Source: Pseudothermotoga sp.
Lineage (GTDB): Bacteria; Thermotogota; Thermotogae; Thermotogales; DSM-5069
Direction of reading: 5' to 3'
Assembly: GCA_041640575.1 (NCBI GenBank)
Contig: JBEPZZ010000005.1
Coordinates: 1-64,000 of the forward strand
DNA length: 64,000 bases
The notes under the pieces were generated by a model, which saw only the letters and a list, made by a program, of their open reading frames with translations, was not told where the DNA came from and ran no database searches. Made by a program: the position numbers and the translations under genes. Positions 42,606 through 51,166 of this stretch are shown here, piece after piece (position 1 is the first letter of the stretch; each line of letters opens with the position of its first letter).

Positions 42606-43472
42606 CTACTTTGCTTTCTCACGTTTTATTAAAATGTCTATTCTCCTATACTTAGTCCTTAATTCCCGAAGTTTGGTTTCAAACTGATTGTCTAGATTTC
42701 TGATTTCTGCGACATATTGGCTGTAAGTGATTTCATTTCTAGACAATTTATCAGCCAAGATTTGCTTTTCAAGTTCTATGGACTGTCTCAAACTCTCTAT
42801 TTCATTTTTTATCGGCCATTCTCCCATTGCTATGGGAACAAATCTTTTCATATCGTAAAAATACTCAGGATCGAAACGCCCAGCTCTTATATCTGCTAAC
42901 CTTTCGATTGTTCGACGACGCTTCAGTTCTTCTGTAAAGAATTGCACAACACTTGCAGCTCTCGCCGAACCAAGGTGCCAGTTCGAAGCGTATATAGAAT
43001 CGGGTAAGACTGGTTGATCATCGGTGTAACCATAAACTTGTAGAACATTTGTCGTATGTTCTATTATCAGAGACCCGATTTTCCCAAGTAATTCCTTTGC
43101 TTCAACCGTAAGAATGGCACTTCCTGGTACAAAGAAAGCCATATCCTGCATTATTATGACTGTTCCCTCGTCTCTTTCCTCTATAGTTATTTTTCCCTTA
43201 TATTCCTCAGCTATCCTTATGAGTTCCTCATACACTCCCCTTCTAGAAGTTATTAGCGGCTCTTCGGCTATAGACTTTCCACCTGTTAGAACACTTGGAG
43301 GCATTCCCGTCAAAGCTGACCTCAATCCAACAACGATCTGTTGAAATTTACCTGGACTTATTGTTGACATCGCAAACAACAATACAAAGAACGTTAAAAG
43401 CAACGTCACCATGTCTGAGTATGTTGTCAGCCAACTTGCTTTAGGAGCTTCCATTCGCCTTTTTCTTGGCAT
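42606..43472 (-). CDS. motB: Flagellar stator B subunit
   Basis: WLTTYSDMVTLLLTFFVLL, GYTDD, SNWHLGSARA, RRIDI. Confidence 0.93.
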   Translation of the reverse strand: MPRKRRMEAPKASWLTTYSDMVTLLLTFFVLLFAMSTISPGKFQQIVVGLRSALTGMPPSVLTGGKSIAEEPLITSRRGVYEELIRIAEEYKGKITIEERDEGTVIIMQDMAFFVPGSAILTVEAKELLGKIGSLIIEHTTNVLQVYGYTDDQPVLPDSIYASNWHLGSARAASVVQFFTEELKRRRTIERLADIRAGRFDPEYFYDMKRFVPIAMGEWPIKNEIESLRQSIELEKQILADKLSRNEITYSQYVAEIRNLDNQFETKLRELRTKYRRIDILIKREKAK

Positions 43473-44260
43473 TAAGCCCTTGCCTCCTGCAGGGCTAGCT
43501 CATAAGCTTGCTTTTCTTGATTTGTTAAGAAAGACTTCAACTTCTCTTCCAAAACTCTTGGGTTCTCTCCGGCTTGAATTGAAAGAATACCTTCAAGAAT
43601 CATCTGTTTTTGTCTCAATATTTTTGCCGCCCTTCTACCTATCTTTTCGCCCATTGGTAAGAAAATCGCATTTGAGAGCAATGAACCGTAGAAGGTGGTG
43701 ATCAAAGCGACAGACATTCCAGGCCCCAAGGTTTCCGGGTTATTGAGCGTTTTAAGCATGGCTATCAAACCAATTAAAGTCCCTATCATCCCATAAGCAG
43801 GAGCAAAGCTACCAGCGGAATCCATCAAAGCTTTCTCTGCAGCTAGATCTTCTTCTATCAAATCCATCTCAGTTTCCATCATGTTCTTCAACAGATCTGG
43901 ATCAGTACCGTCTATAACCAGCTGTAAAGCTTTTTTCATGAAAGGATCTTCAATTTCGTTCAGATTCTCTTCTAAAGACAACAGCCCCTCTCTTCGAGCT
44001 TTCTCTGAGAATGAAACAAGAGTCCGCACCATACCAACGTTGTCGACCTTAGTTTCTTTGAACGCTGACATCATGATTTGAATTATTTTAAAGCTTTTTT
44101 CCTTTGGGTGAGAAGCTATGGTTGAAGCTATCGCTCCACCAACAGTTATGAACAAAGATGGCAAATTATAGAAAGTACCAAGAGATGATTGGTTTGATAC
44201 AATACCAAATAGTATCATTCCGAAGGCCAACACAACACCAACCACTGTCGAAATATCCAT
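43472..44260 (-). CDS. motA: Flagellar stator A subunit
   Basis: ARREGLLSLE, PAYGMIGTLIGLI, ALITTFYG, GENP. Confidence 0.95.
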   Translation of the reverse strand: MDISTVVGVVLAFGMILFGIVSNQSSLGTFYNLPSLFITVGGAIASTIASHPKEKSFKIIQIMMSAFKETKVDNVGMVRTLVSFSEKARREGLLSLEENLNEIEDPFMKKALQLVIDGTDPDLLKNMMETEMDLIEEDLAAEKALMDSAGSFAPAYGMIGTLIGLIAMLKTLNNPETLGPGMSVALITTFYGSLLSNAIFLPMGEKIGRRAAKILRQKQMILEGILSIQAGENPRVLEEKLKSFLTNQEKQAYELALQEARA

Positions 44261-44271
44261 AAAACCACCGC

Positions 44272-44487
44272 CTACTGTTTCGGAAGATATCTCAAAATAT
44301 CCATAACGGGGTAAGCTTGTCTTTTGTATTCTATCACCTTCGAGATAACCTCCTCAACTTTTTCTTGAACAATGAATTTTCTACCATTGAAAAGCGTAAT
44401 CGTTGTGTCCGGCAATGCTTCGACTGTCTCAATCATTTCTGCATTCAAAACAAAAGGTTTACCTCGAAGATGTGTTAACCAAATCAT
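44272..44487 (-). CDS. flbD: Flagellar FlbD family protein
   Basis: MIWLTHL....FVLNAEMIE.VE..PDT.ITL.NG. Confidence 0.9.
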   Translation of the reverse strand: MIWLTHLRGKPFVLNAEMIETVEALPDTTITLFNGRKFIVQEKVEEVISKVIEYKRQAYPVMDILRYLPKQ

Positions 44488-44495
44488 CTTTCAAA

Positions 44496-46373
44496 TTACC
44501 TCCTTAGTGCTACGACTTCTCCCAGGATCGTATCAGCCGTGGTTATCACCCTTGCATTTGCTTGAAAACCTCTTTGTGCAATAATCATTCTTGAGAACTC
44601 TTCTGCCAAATCAACATTTGACATTTCCAATGCTCCAGGAATTAAGGTTCCTCTACCACCACTTCCAGCTGCACCAATTAACGGAAGTCCACTGTTTGCA
44701 GATACAACATACATTGAATTTCCAACGTCCGTTAAACCAGCAGGATTATTGAAGATTGCAAGAGCCACCTGCCCAAGTATATCTGTCAAGCCATTGCTGA
44801 AAGTTCCTATGATTTCACCGTTCTCGTTCACTGCAAAAGATTGTAAATATCCCAAAGCATTTCCATTTTGGTACACAAAAGAAGCAGAATTAGATCCAGC
44901 AAATTGTGTAAGACCGGTAAAGTCAAGATTTATATTAACCGTGCTGTCGCCCATATGAGCAGCGTCAAATCTTATTGTCCTTAATTCAACAGTCCCAAGA
45001 TTCAAAGTTTGATTTATGTCATCCCAACTTATTCCGTATAGGTTCTGTAATCTCCCTGCTTCGTTGAAGTTAATCAGACCTCCAACATAATTTGTCGCAC
45101 CATTGGCATCTACGTATGTTATCGGCTCGCCACTTGCAGTGTAAGCTCTCCAAAGCCAAGCATTTCTCATATCAGCATACTGCCCTATTCTAGTAAGTTC
45201 TAAGTAAAGTGAATATGGATTACCAAGTGTGTCATAAACTTGCACAGCAGTTACGTATCTTGGACTTTGATACTGAAGCGAAATCAAATTTGACGGATTG
45301 TCTGATTCGTAGAACCTCGCCTCTCCTGCGGTAGGTATCGAAATAGTGGCATCACCTGCTATTGTAATTTCATCACCAGCACTCTCATTCCCAAAAATGA
45401 TGAAATAATTCTCACCAGAAATTATATCACCATCAGAAATGGTGAAATTGCCTCCAGTAACGTTCACCGAACCTTCGTAGATGATCTGACCACTTTCGTC
45501 TTTAACCAGAACATAATAGTTGCCATCGTTAAACGTAGTTCCAAAATCGTTTTGATCAATTTGCCCATTATTGCTTGCCAGCACTTTGAACCCTGTGCCA
45601 GACCTTACCACCCTACCAAACTCGTTCAGTTCTATAAATCCAACATCTGTTAACCTATCTTGCTCATCCCTAAGTTCCCAGGTGTAACTCTGGGTATTAC
45701 CAAATGGTCCAACTTGTCTTACAAAATCGGCTCCTGTTTTGGAAAACATAAATCTAACTGTGTAATTTCTGTTGCTGGAAGTGTCTGTGATAGTCATTGA
45801 GAACGGTAGAGGTCCGACATTTGATTGCAAGTTACCAGAAAGCGAGGCCAAACTTGTAGCCCTTGCAGGCATCGTAAGTCCGGCTTCAATGATTATATCG
45901 CCAATCGGCTGATTTGTATCAACATACCTTGTGCCCGTCGTGGGATCTTGAACAGCCCTCCAACCTTGTACTTTTAATCCGGTAGATGAATGGATCAAAG
46001 TGCCATTTGTGTCAACATCAAGTGCACCAGACCTAGTGTAAAAATATTGATTACCGTTTGAAACTATAAAGAACCCGTCACCTTTAATCGCAAGATCCAA
46101 TGTCCTACCGGTGTTCTCAAAAGAACCCTGATTCATGATCTTATCAACTGTACCAAGTTGAGAACCTAAGCCTATTTGAATGGGATTGGTTCCTCCAACG
46201 TTGTTCTGAGGACTTCTTGCAGCTTTAAGGGTTTGAGACAAAGCTGTTTGAAAGGTGACTCTTGAACCCTTGAATCCAACCGTGTTCACGTTTGAAATAT
46301 TGTTGCTAACTACATCAAGAGCATACTGAAAATTCCTCATTCCTGAGACTCCGCTGAACATTGAGCGCATCAT
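44496..46373 (-). CDS. flgE: Flagellar hook protein
   Basis: SNNISNVNTVGFK, DLAIKGDGFF, LEMSNVDLAEEF, QRGFQANAR. Confidence 0.95.
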   Translation of the reverse strand: MMRSMFSGVSGMRNFQYALDVVSNNISNVNTVGFKGSRVTFQTALSQTLKAARSPQNNVGGTNPIQIGLGSQLGTVDKIMNQGSFENTGRTLDLAIKGDGFFIVSNGNQYFYTRSGALDVDTNGTLIHSSTGLKVQGWRAVQDPTTGTRYVDTNQPIGDIIIEAGLTMPARATSLASLSGNLQSNVGPLPFSMTITDTSSNRNYTVRFMFSKTGADFVRQVGPFGNTQSYTWELRDEQDRLTDVGFIELNEFGRVVRSGTGFKVLASNNGQIDQNDFGTTFNDGNYYVLVKDESGQIIYEGSVNVTGGNFTISDGDIISGENYFIIFGNESAGDEITIAGDATISIPTAGEARFYESDNPSNLISLQYQSPRYVTAVQVYDTLGNPYSLYLELTRIGQYADMRNAWLWRAYTASGEPITYVDANGATNYVGGLINFNEAGRLQNLYGISWDDINQTLNLGTVELRTIRFDAAHMGDSTVNINLDFTGLTQFAGSNSASFVYQNGNALGYLQSFAVNENGEIIGTFSNGLTDILGQVALAIFNNPAGLTDVGNSMYVVSANSGLPLIGAAGSGGRGTLIPGALEMSNVDLAEEFSRMIIAQRGFQANARVITTADTILGEVVALRR

Positions 46374-46379
46374 ATCATT

Positions 46380-47039
46380 TCACCCCTCCTGAGCAATTTC
46401 AACAATCGATGCAAGTGGATATTCTTTACCATTGATGTAAACGTAAATTTGATTACCCTTAAATTTCACAGACTCAATCTTTCCACCTTCAATACCACTA
46501 ATAGCTGTCTCGGATCCATCTGGATTGATCTTGTACACCGTATATTTGTACGTTCCATCACTAACAGGTAGGCCTGAACTGTCTCTACCGTCCCATTGGA
46601 AAGCATGAATTCCTTTTCCAAGTACTCCACTGGCCACTTCTTTGACTAGTTTTCCTGCTGGGTCATAAATTCTAACGACAACTGGTGCACTTTGGTCGAG
46701 TTGAAAGATCACGCTCTCAGCTATTCCACTTCGAACAGCTATTTCGTCAGATTGAACGACCGCATATTTTCCTATCAACGATGCAGACTGAGCTTGAAGA
46801 GCACCTTTCTGAAGAGTCAAGAAATTTTCAACGGATTTGGTCATGTTCGTGATTTGTTCAAGTGTCGAAAATTGAGCAAGCTGAGCTATAAAATCTTTGT
46901 TATCCATCGGCTCAAGCGGATTTTGATTCTTCAACTGAGTTATCAGTAGGAGCAAGAAAGCATCCTTGTCAAGAGTATTGCTTGGTTTCCTCGTTGAAGG
47001 CGCCAGATGGAAAACTTGATTACTTATCGCGTTTATCAT
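46380..47039 (-). CDS. flgD: Hook capping protein
   Basis: FLLLLITQLKNQNPLEPM, QLAQFS, WDGRD. Confidence 0.95.
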   Translation of the reverse strand: MINAISNQVFHLAPSTRKPSNTLDKDAFLLLLITQLKNQNPLEPMDNKDFIAQLAQFSTLEQITNMTKSVENFLTLQKGALQAQSASLIGKYAVVQSDEIAVRSGIAESVIFQLDQSAPVVVRIYDPAGKLVKEVASGVLGKGIHAFQWDGRDSSGLPVSDGTYKYTVYKINPDGSETAISGIEGGKIESVKFKGNQIYVYINGKEYPLASIVEIAQEG

Positions 47040-49038
47040 CCTTATTCACCTCACCCTCTTGCTCTCTCCTTTGCCGTTGATGATTCTGATGTTGATCTTC
47101 TCTGCCATCTGGAAGATGTTCTTCCTCTGCTTTCTGCGATATTCTTACCTCAATTGACTCTACTTTGAAACCAACAGAAGAGAGCCTTGAAACTAAATCT
47201 TTCGAGCTCTTTTCAAGTAATTCCTTTGTGTCATCATTTGATACTTTGAACATTATGTTCAGCGTTTCACCTTGTTTCGCAATTTGTATTTCAAGCTTTC
47301 CAAGTGATGGAGGGTTCAAGTCTACAACAGCTCTTTCAACATTGGAATTATTCATGTGCTTTATAGTTTCAACAATTGTATGTAGGTTGTCACTTTTTTG
47401 CTGTTGCTCAACCTTTGTTACCACCGTTTCTAAACTTCTTGGAAGCTGTCGAACTTCCACAATGGTTTGCTCATTCTCGTAAGCTTTTTTACCAAGCCGT
47501 ACACTTAAAATCTCCTTAGTTTTCTCAGCCTGTTCAAACTTCATCTCATACAGATGCTCTCTTTCAATTGGTCTCTCGGTTTTTAAATCTCTTGCAATTT
47601 CTAGTTTCAAATTTTCTATTTTTATTGGCTCAGACAACTTCAAATTTTGAGGCAACTCCTTTTTCAGGTTTCTATATTGCGAGAATTCGCTTCGATATTC
47701 CTCGAAATTTCTCACAAGATTGCCAAGGATAACTTGCACTTGCTTAATTGTTATTACAGTTTTTCCTACCATGGTAGATTCGTTTACTTTGCTTTCAGCC
47801 CAATTTATGTTTCCAATGGTTTTAGTACCTTTATTTTGATGATTCAAGTTGAGCATTTCAACGTGTTCCCTACCATTGGAAACCATGTATTCAACTTTCG
47901 AATTCATAATTGCTTCTTTGATAGCATTAGTTAAAGTTTCTGGCTCCTTCTTTGAAGTAATAGGCTGATTGGTGATCACATTCTTAGTGGATAAAAGCTT
48001 TGGGAGGCTAATTTGATCAAATTCTCTTTGCAAAGGCAAATTTGTGCTATCAGTAAGAGATAAATTTCTGTCTATTCGAGAATCAGTGCTGGCGTTAGCA
48101 GGTCTCTGCTTAACCATATCACTTTTCAAAACGGCTTGGTTCAGCATAGATTCTTGTTCTTTGGTTTGAATCGTTTCTGCTTTAAGTTTTGCCATCTTTT
48201 CATCTCGATCCGGTATGTTCAACTTAACCTTTTTGTTTTCGGCAGCATCTACTGAATCAACCTTTTGGATCGAAGATTCTAATATCTGAACATGCTTTTG
48301 ATGCTCAACTCTTGGTTGAGGTTGGTTGAAGGTGGGGGCTTTCAAAATGTTCTTTTCACCATTTGAATCATTGATCGTTCTTTGGACATTTGTATCGATC
48401 TTTTGACCTGGGAATTGTGATGTTTGTAGATAATTTTGCTGATCCTGCTTCAACTGAATTTGAGATAGATTTTGATGCTTTAGATCATATTTCAATTCCT
48501 CGAACCAGCTAATAGTTTGATCTGTGCGAAGTTTATCTTGATTTGAATTTTTGTCTAAAACCTCGTTATTATTTGGCAGCTTCTCAACTAATTTGCTCTG
48601 GTTGGACTCTAATAGTAAGTTCTGAACAATTTCTTTTGTTTTTTGAGTAGCAAGTTGTTCACCCTTTTTGCTTTCAACCAGCGAACTGTTCGGCAAACTG
48701 GTTGTTAACTGCTGACTTTCATTTGTTTCTATCTCTAAGTTTTTAATTTCAACCGATTTGGAATTTAAATTGACAAAGTCATTCTGTCGATTTTCCTCTT
48801 GAACCTTTTGAACCTGCTTCAAAATTGACTCTTGCTCCTTCTGGTCTTGATCAATTTTGAAAGCAATCCCTTGAGAAAGGGCAACCTTTTGAAAACCGAA
48901 TTGCTGATCAGTCAATTTCTTTGATTTCACTAGCTCTAAAACAGTTTGGAAAGACAATGCTTTCGACACTGAACCAAAATTCTGATCAACTCGATTGCTT
49001 TGCTTGGGACCAACAATTTGTATAAAATTGAGTTTCAT
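47020..49038 (-). CDS. fliK: Hook-length control protein
   Basis: Long low-complexity Q/N/K-rich region, C-terminal LNPPSLGKLEI; upstream of flgD. Confidence 0.85.
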   Translation of the reverse strand: MKLNFIQIVGPKQSNRVDQNFGSVSKALSFQTVLELVKSKKLTDQQFGFQKVALSQGIAFKIDQDQKEQESILKQVQKVQEENRQNDFVNLNSKSVEIKNLEIETNESQQLTTSLPNSSLVESKKGEQLATQKTKEIVQNLLLESNQSKLVEKLPNNNEVLDKNSNQDKLRTDQTISWFEELKYDLKHQNLSQIQLKQDQQNYLQTSQFPGQKIDTNVQRTINDSNGEKNILKAPTFNQPQPRVEHQKHVQILESSIQKVDSVDAAENKKVKLNIPDRDEKMAKLKAETIQTKEQESMLNQAVLKSDMVKQRPANASTDSRIDRNLSLTDSTNLPLQREFDQISLPKLLSTKNVITNQPITSKKEPETLTNAIKEAIMNSKVEYMVSNGREHVEMLNLNHQNKGTKTIGNINWAESKVNESTMVGKTVITIKQVQVILGNLVRNFEEYRSEFSQYRNLKKELPQNLKLSEPIKIENLKLEIARDLKTERPIEREHLYEMKFEQAEKTKEILSVRLGKKAYENEQTIVEVRQLPRSLETVVTKVEQQQKSDNLHTIVETIKHMNNSNVERAVVDLNPPSLGKLEIQIAKQGETLNIMFKVSNDDTKELLEKSSKDLVSRLSSVGFKVESIEVRISQKAEEEHLPDGREDQHQNHQRQRREQEGEVNKDDKRDK

Positions 49039-49994
49039 AACCCCACTCCCTTGACAACAAGGCGTTCAAACAACTCAGGCTTTTGGTCCCGTATTTGTTT
49101 GAGAAGCTCCTTGACTCTTTCTATTGGAAGTTGCGAAAATATCATCATAACAGAAATTTCATCCAACGACAGAGAATCAATCATTCTCAATATTTGCTGG
49201 TCGCTCATAGATCTAAGTACTTCAGCAATAACTTTTTTGAGCACCTGAGTTTCTATTAAAGATGCCTCCTGCTTGACTAACTCTTGTCTTTTCTTTTCCA
49301 AATCCTTGCTAAGTTTATCCAGATCTCCTAGAATTTTTTCAACTGAACCGAGCTCATTCATCACTTCAGCAGCTTTGTTAGCATCAATTTTCCCCAGCTC
49401 AGATAAAATATCCGAACGTGTTGTGGCATCCATGGAATGCAAAGCGGCTGCAACTGAAATAACCGAAAATCGTTCACTTGCTAAGACTCTCGCAATGTTA
49501 GAAGGATCAGCTTGCTTGAGAGTTTCTGTTACTTTCTTTACATCCTCTGGCGTCCTAATTCTATGAAGTATCATGTCGATCTCCAGGTTCTTTTCTTCCC
49601 ATGATTTTCTTAGTTCTAAGAGGGCGTTTCTTGAAATTTCCAAAGTTTGGAAATCCTGCGCAATTTGCTGCCCTTTCGCATTTATCTCACTCAAAATTTG
49701 TTCTACTCTTTCCACAACACCCTGGGCGCTTTCTTCAAAATATTGCCCAGCCGTCATTATCATCAAAGGTTCATATTTGACAAAACGATTCACATACGGA
49801 AGTTTTGAAATCAAAAACGAGACATAACTTCTCCAGCCTTCAAAAGGCTGGATATTGATTCCTTTCAGTCTGTTGTATTCAAAAACAAAATAACCGTAAA
49901 CAAGAACTGTAAAACCTATGAACAAAGCTAACAAAAGGGCTTTGAAAAATACTCTTACGCTCTTTTTTCGGCGCTTTTCTTCTGCCAAATTCAA
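49035..49994 (-). CDS. Membrane-anchored flagellar protein (MotE/FlbB/MgtE_N-like repeats)
   Basis: N-terminal TM, coiled coil, helical repeats (MDATTRSDILSEL, AAEVM); first gene of the hook operon. Confidence 0.6.
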   Translation of the reverse strand: MNLAEEKRRKKSVRVFFKALLLALFIGFTVLVYGYFVFEYNRLKGINIQPFEGWRSYVSFLISKLPYVNRFVKYEPLMIMTAGQYFEESAQGVVERVEQILSEINAKGQQIAQDFQTLEISRNALLELRKSWEEKNLEIDMILHRIRTPEDVKKVTETLKQADPSNIARVLASERFSVISVAAALHSMDATTRSDILSELGKIDANKAAEVMNELGSVEKILGDLDKLSKDLEKKRQELVKQEASLIETQVLKKVIAEVLRSMSDQQILRMIDSLSLDEISVMMIFSQLPIERVKELLKQIRDQKPELFERLVVKGVGL

Positions 49995-50074
49995 GTTCCT
50001 CCTGAATCATTTTTCAACGATTCGGGTGATTTATCCTAAGGTCAAAGACGAAATATAATTTGATAGGTGATAAA

Positions 50075-50977
50075 ATGGTAAGAGTCCTTGATCTTGGTTC
50101 AAACTCTTTTATTGTTTTGGTTCTACAAAATGAAGAAATCCTGCTTGAAAAAGTCTATGAGCTTGGTTTAAAAGCCCTTATGAAGAATAAGGAGGTAGCA
50201 TTCAATACCGCAAAACAGATTCTCTCTAAAGCTCTTAGCGAATCTGATTTTTCCTGTTTGACCTATGCGTTCGGTACCTCGGTCTTTAGAGACCATCCCG
50301 AATTTTTCGAAGCTTTAACAAGAGAATTTAGGTTAAATGGTTACATTCTTTCTGAAGAAGAAGAAGCAATGTACTCTTATATGTCCGTTGATCCTGGGTT
50401 AAGCAAGAATATTACTGTTGTCGATTTGGGTGGCGGCAGTCTTGAGATAGTTAGAAAAGATTGCTTCAAAAGTTATTGCTTGGGAACACATGTTCTGAAC
50501 GATCTTTTTGATCTCACACTTCCGAATGCGGTAGATTTTGAGAAGGCTGTAAAATACATAAAAAATCAAATTTTTCTCATTTTTCCCGAACTCGGTGAGA
50601 CTTTCACCATTGGAGGTTCATTTGTCGCAATAGCTGCATTAAAAAAAGGCCTTTGGGATTTGAAAACTTTGCATGGCGAAAAACTAACTAGAGAAGACAT
50701 TTTAAAAGTTTTAAACGAGGTTCGATTCAGAAATTTTGAGTGGATAAAGGCCAAAGGAATAATACCACAGGGTCGAGAAAAAACTTTGATGGCAGGTTTA
50801 GCAGTGGCTTTAGCCATAACTCAGCTTTCCGAAGATGTAAAGGTCTCCACTAAGGGGTACAGGCACACAGTTGGGCTTATGCTGGAGAAAAGTGGAAAGT
50901 TGCTACACCCGTGGCGTGCCCGGGGAGATTTGAACTCCCGGCCTCCAGATCCGCAGTCTGGCGCTCTATCCAGCTGA
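50075..50977 (+). CDS. Ppx/GppA-family phosphatase (short form)
   Basis: VLDLGSNSF, EEEA, DLGGGSLE; ATG 50075 after AGGTGA; 3' end overlaps tRNA-Arg antisense. Confidence 0.85.
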   Translation: MVRVLDLGSNSFIVLVLQNEEILLEKVYELGLKALMKNKEVAFNTAKQILSKALSESDFSCLTYAFGTSVFRDHPEFFEALTREFRLNGYILSEEEEAMYSYMSVDPGLSKNITVVDLGGGSLEIVRKDCFKSYCLGTHVLNDLFDLTLPNAVDFEKAVKYIKNQIFLIFPELGETFTIGGSFVAIAALKKGLWDLKTLHGEKLTREDILKVLNEVRFRNFEWIKAKGIIPQGREKTLMAGLAVALAITQLSEDVKVSTKGYRHTVGLMLEKSGKLLHPWRARGDLNSRPPDPQSGALSS

Positions 50978-50988
50978 GCTACGGGCAC
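50912..50988 (-). tRNA. tRNA-Arg, anticodon GCG
   Basis: GTGCCCGTAGCTCAGCTGGATAGAGCG-CCAGA-CTGCGGA-TCTGG...GTTCAAATC...CGGGCACGCCA; 77 nt with encoded CCA. Confidence 0.96.
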
Positions 50989-50993
50989 GAATC

Positions 50994-51086
<93 letters not shown>

Positions 51087-51112
51087 AATTTTCCGAAAAT
51101 CGACCATTTCCC

Positions 51113-51140
51113 ATTATAATACACTAAAGCAAAAAATCAA
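51113..51140 (-). promoter_or_regulatory. sigma70 promoter of the tRNA pair
   Basis: TTGATT-N16-TATAAT. Confidence 0.6.
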
Positions 51141-51166
51141 GTGATAAAATTATTTTCCTGATTCTT

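Noticed and set aside
49995..50059. sigma28 promoter expected before the hook operon
   Set aside because: No convincing TAAA-N15-GCCGAT match found
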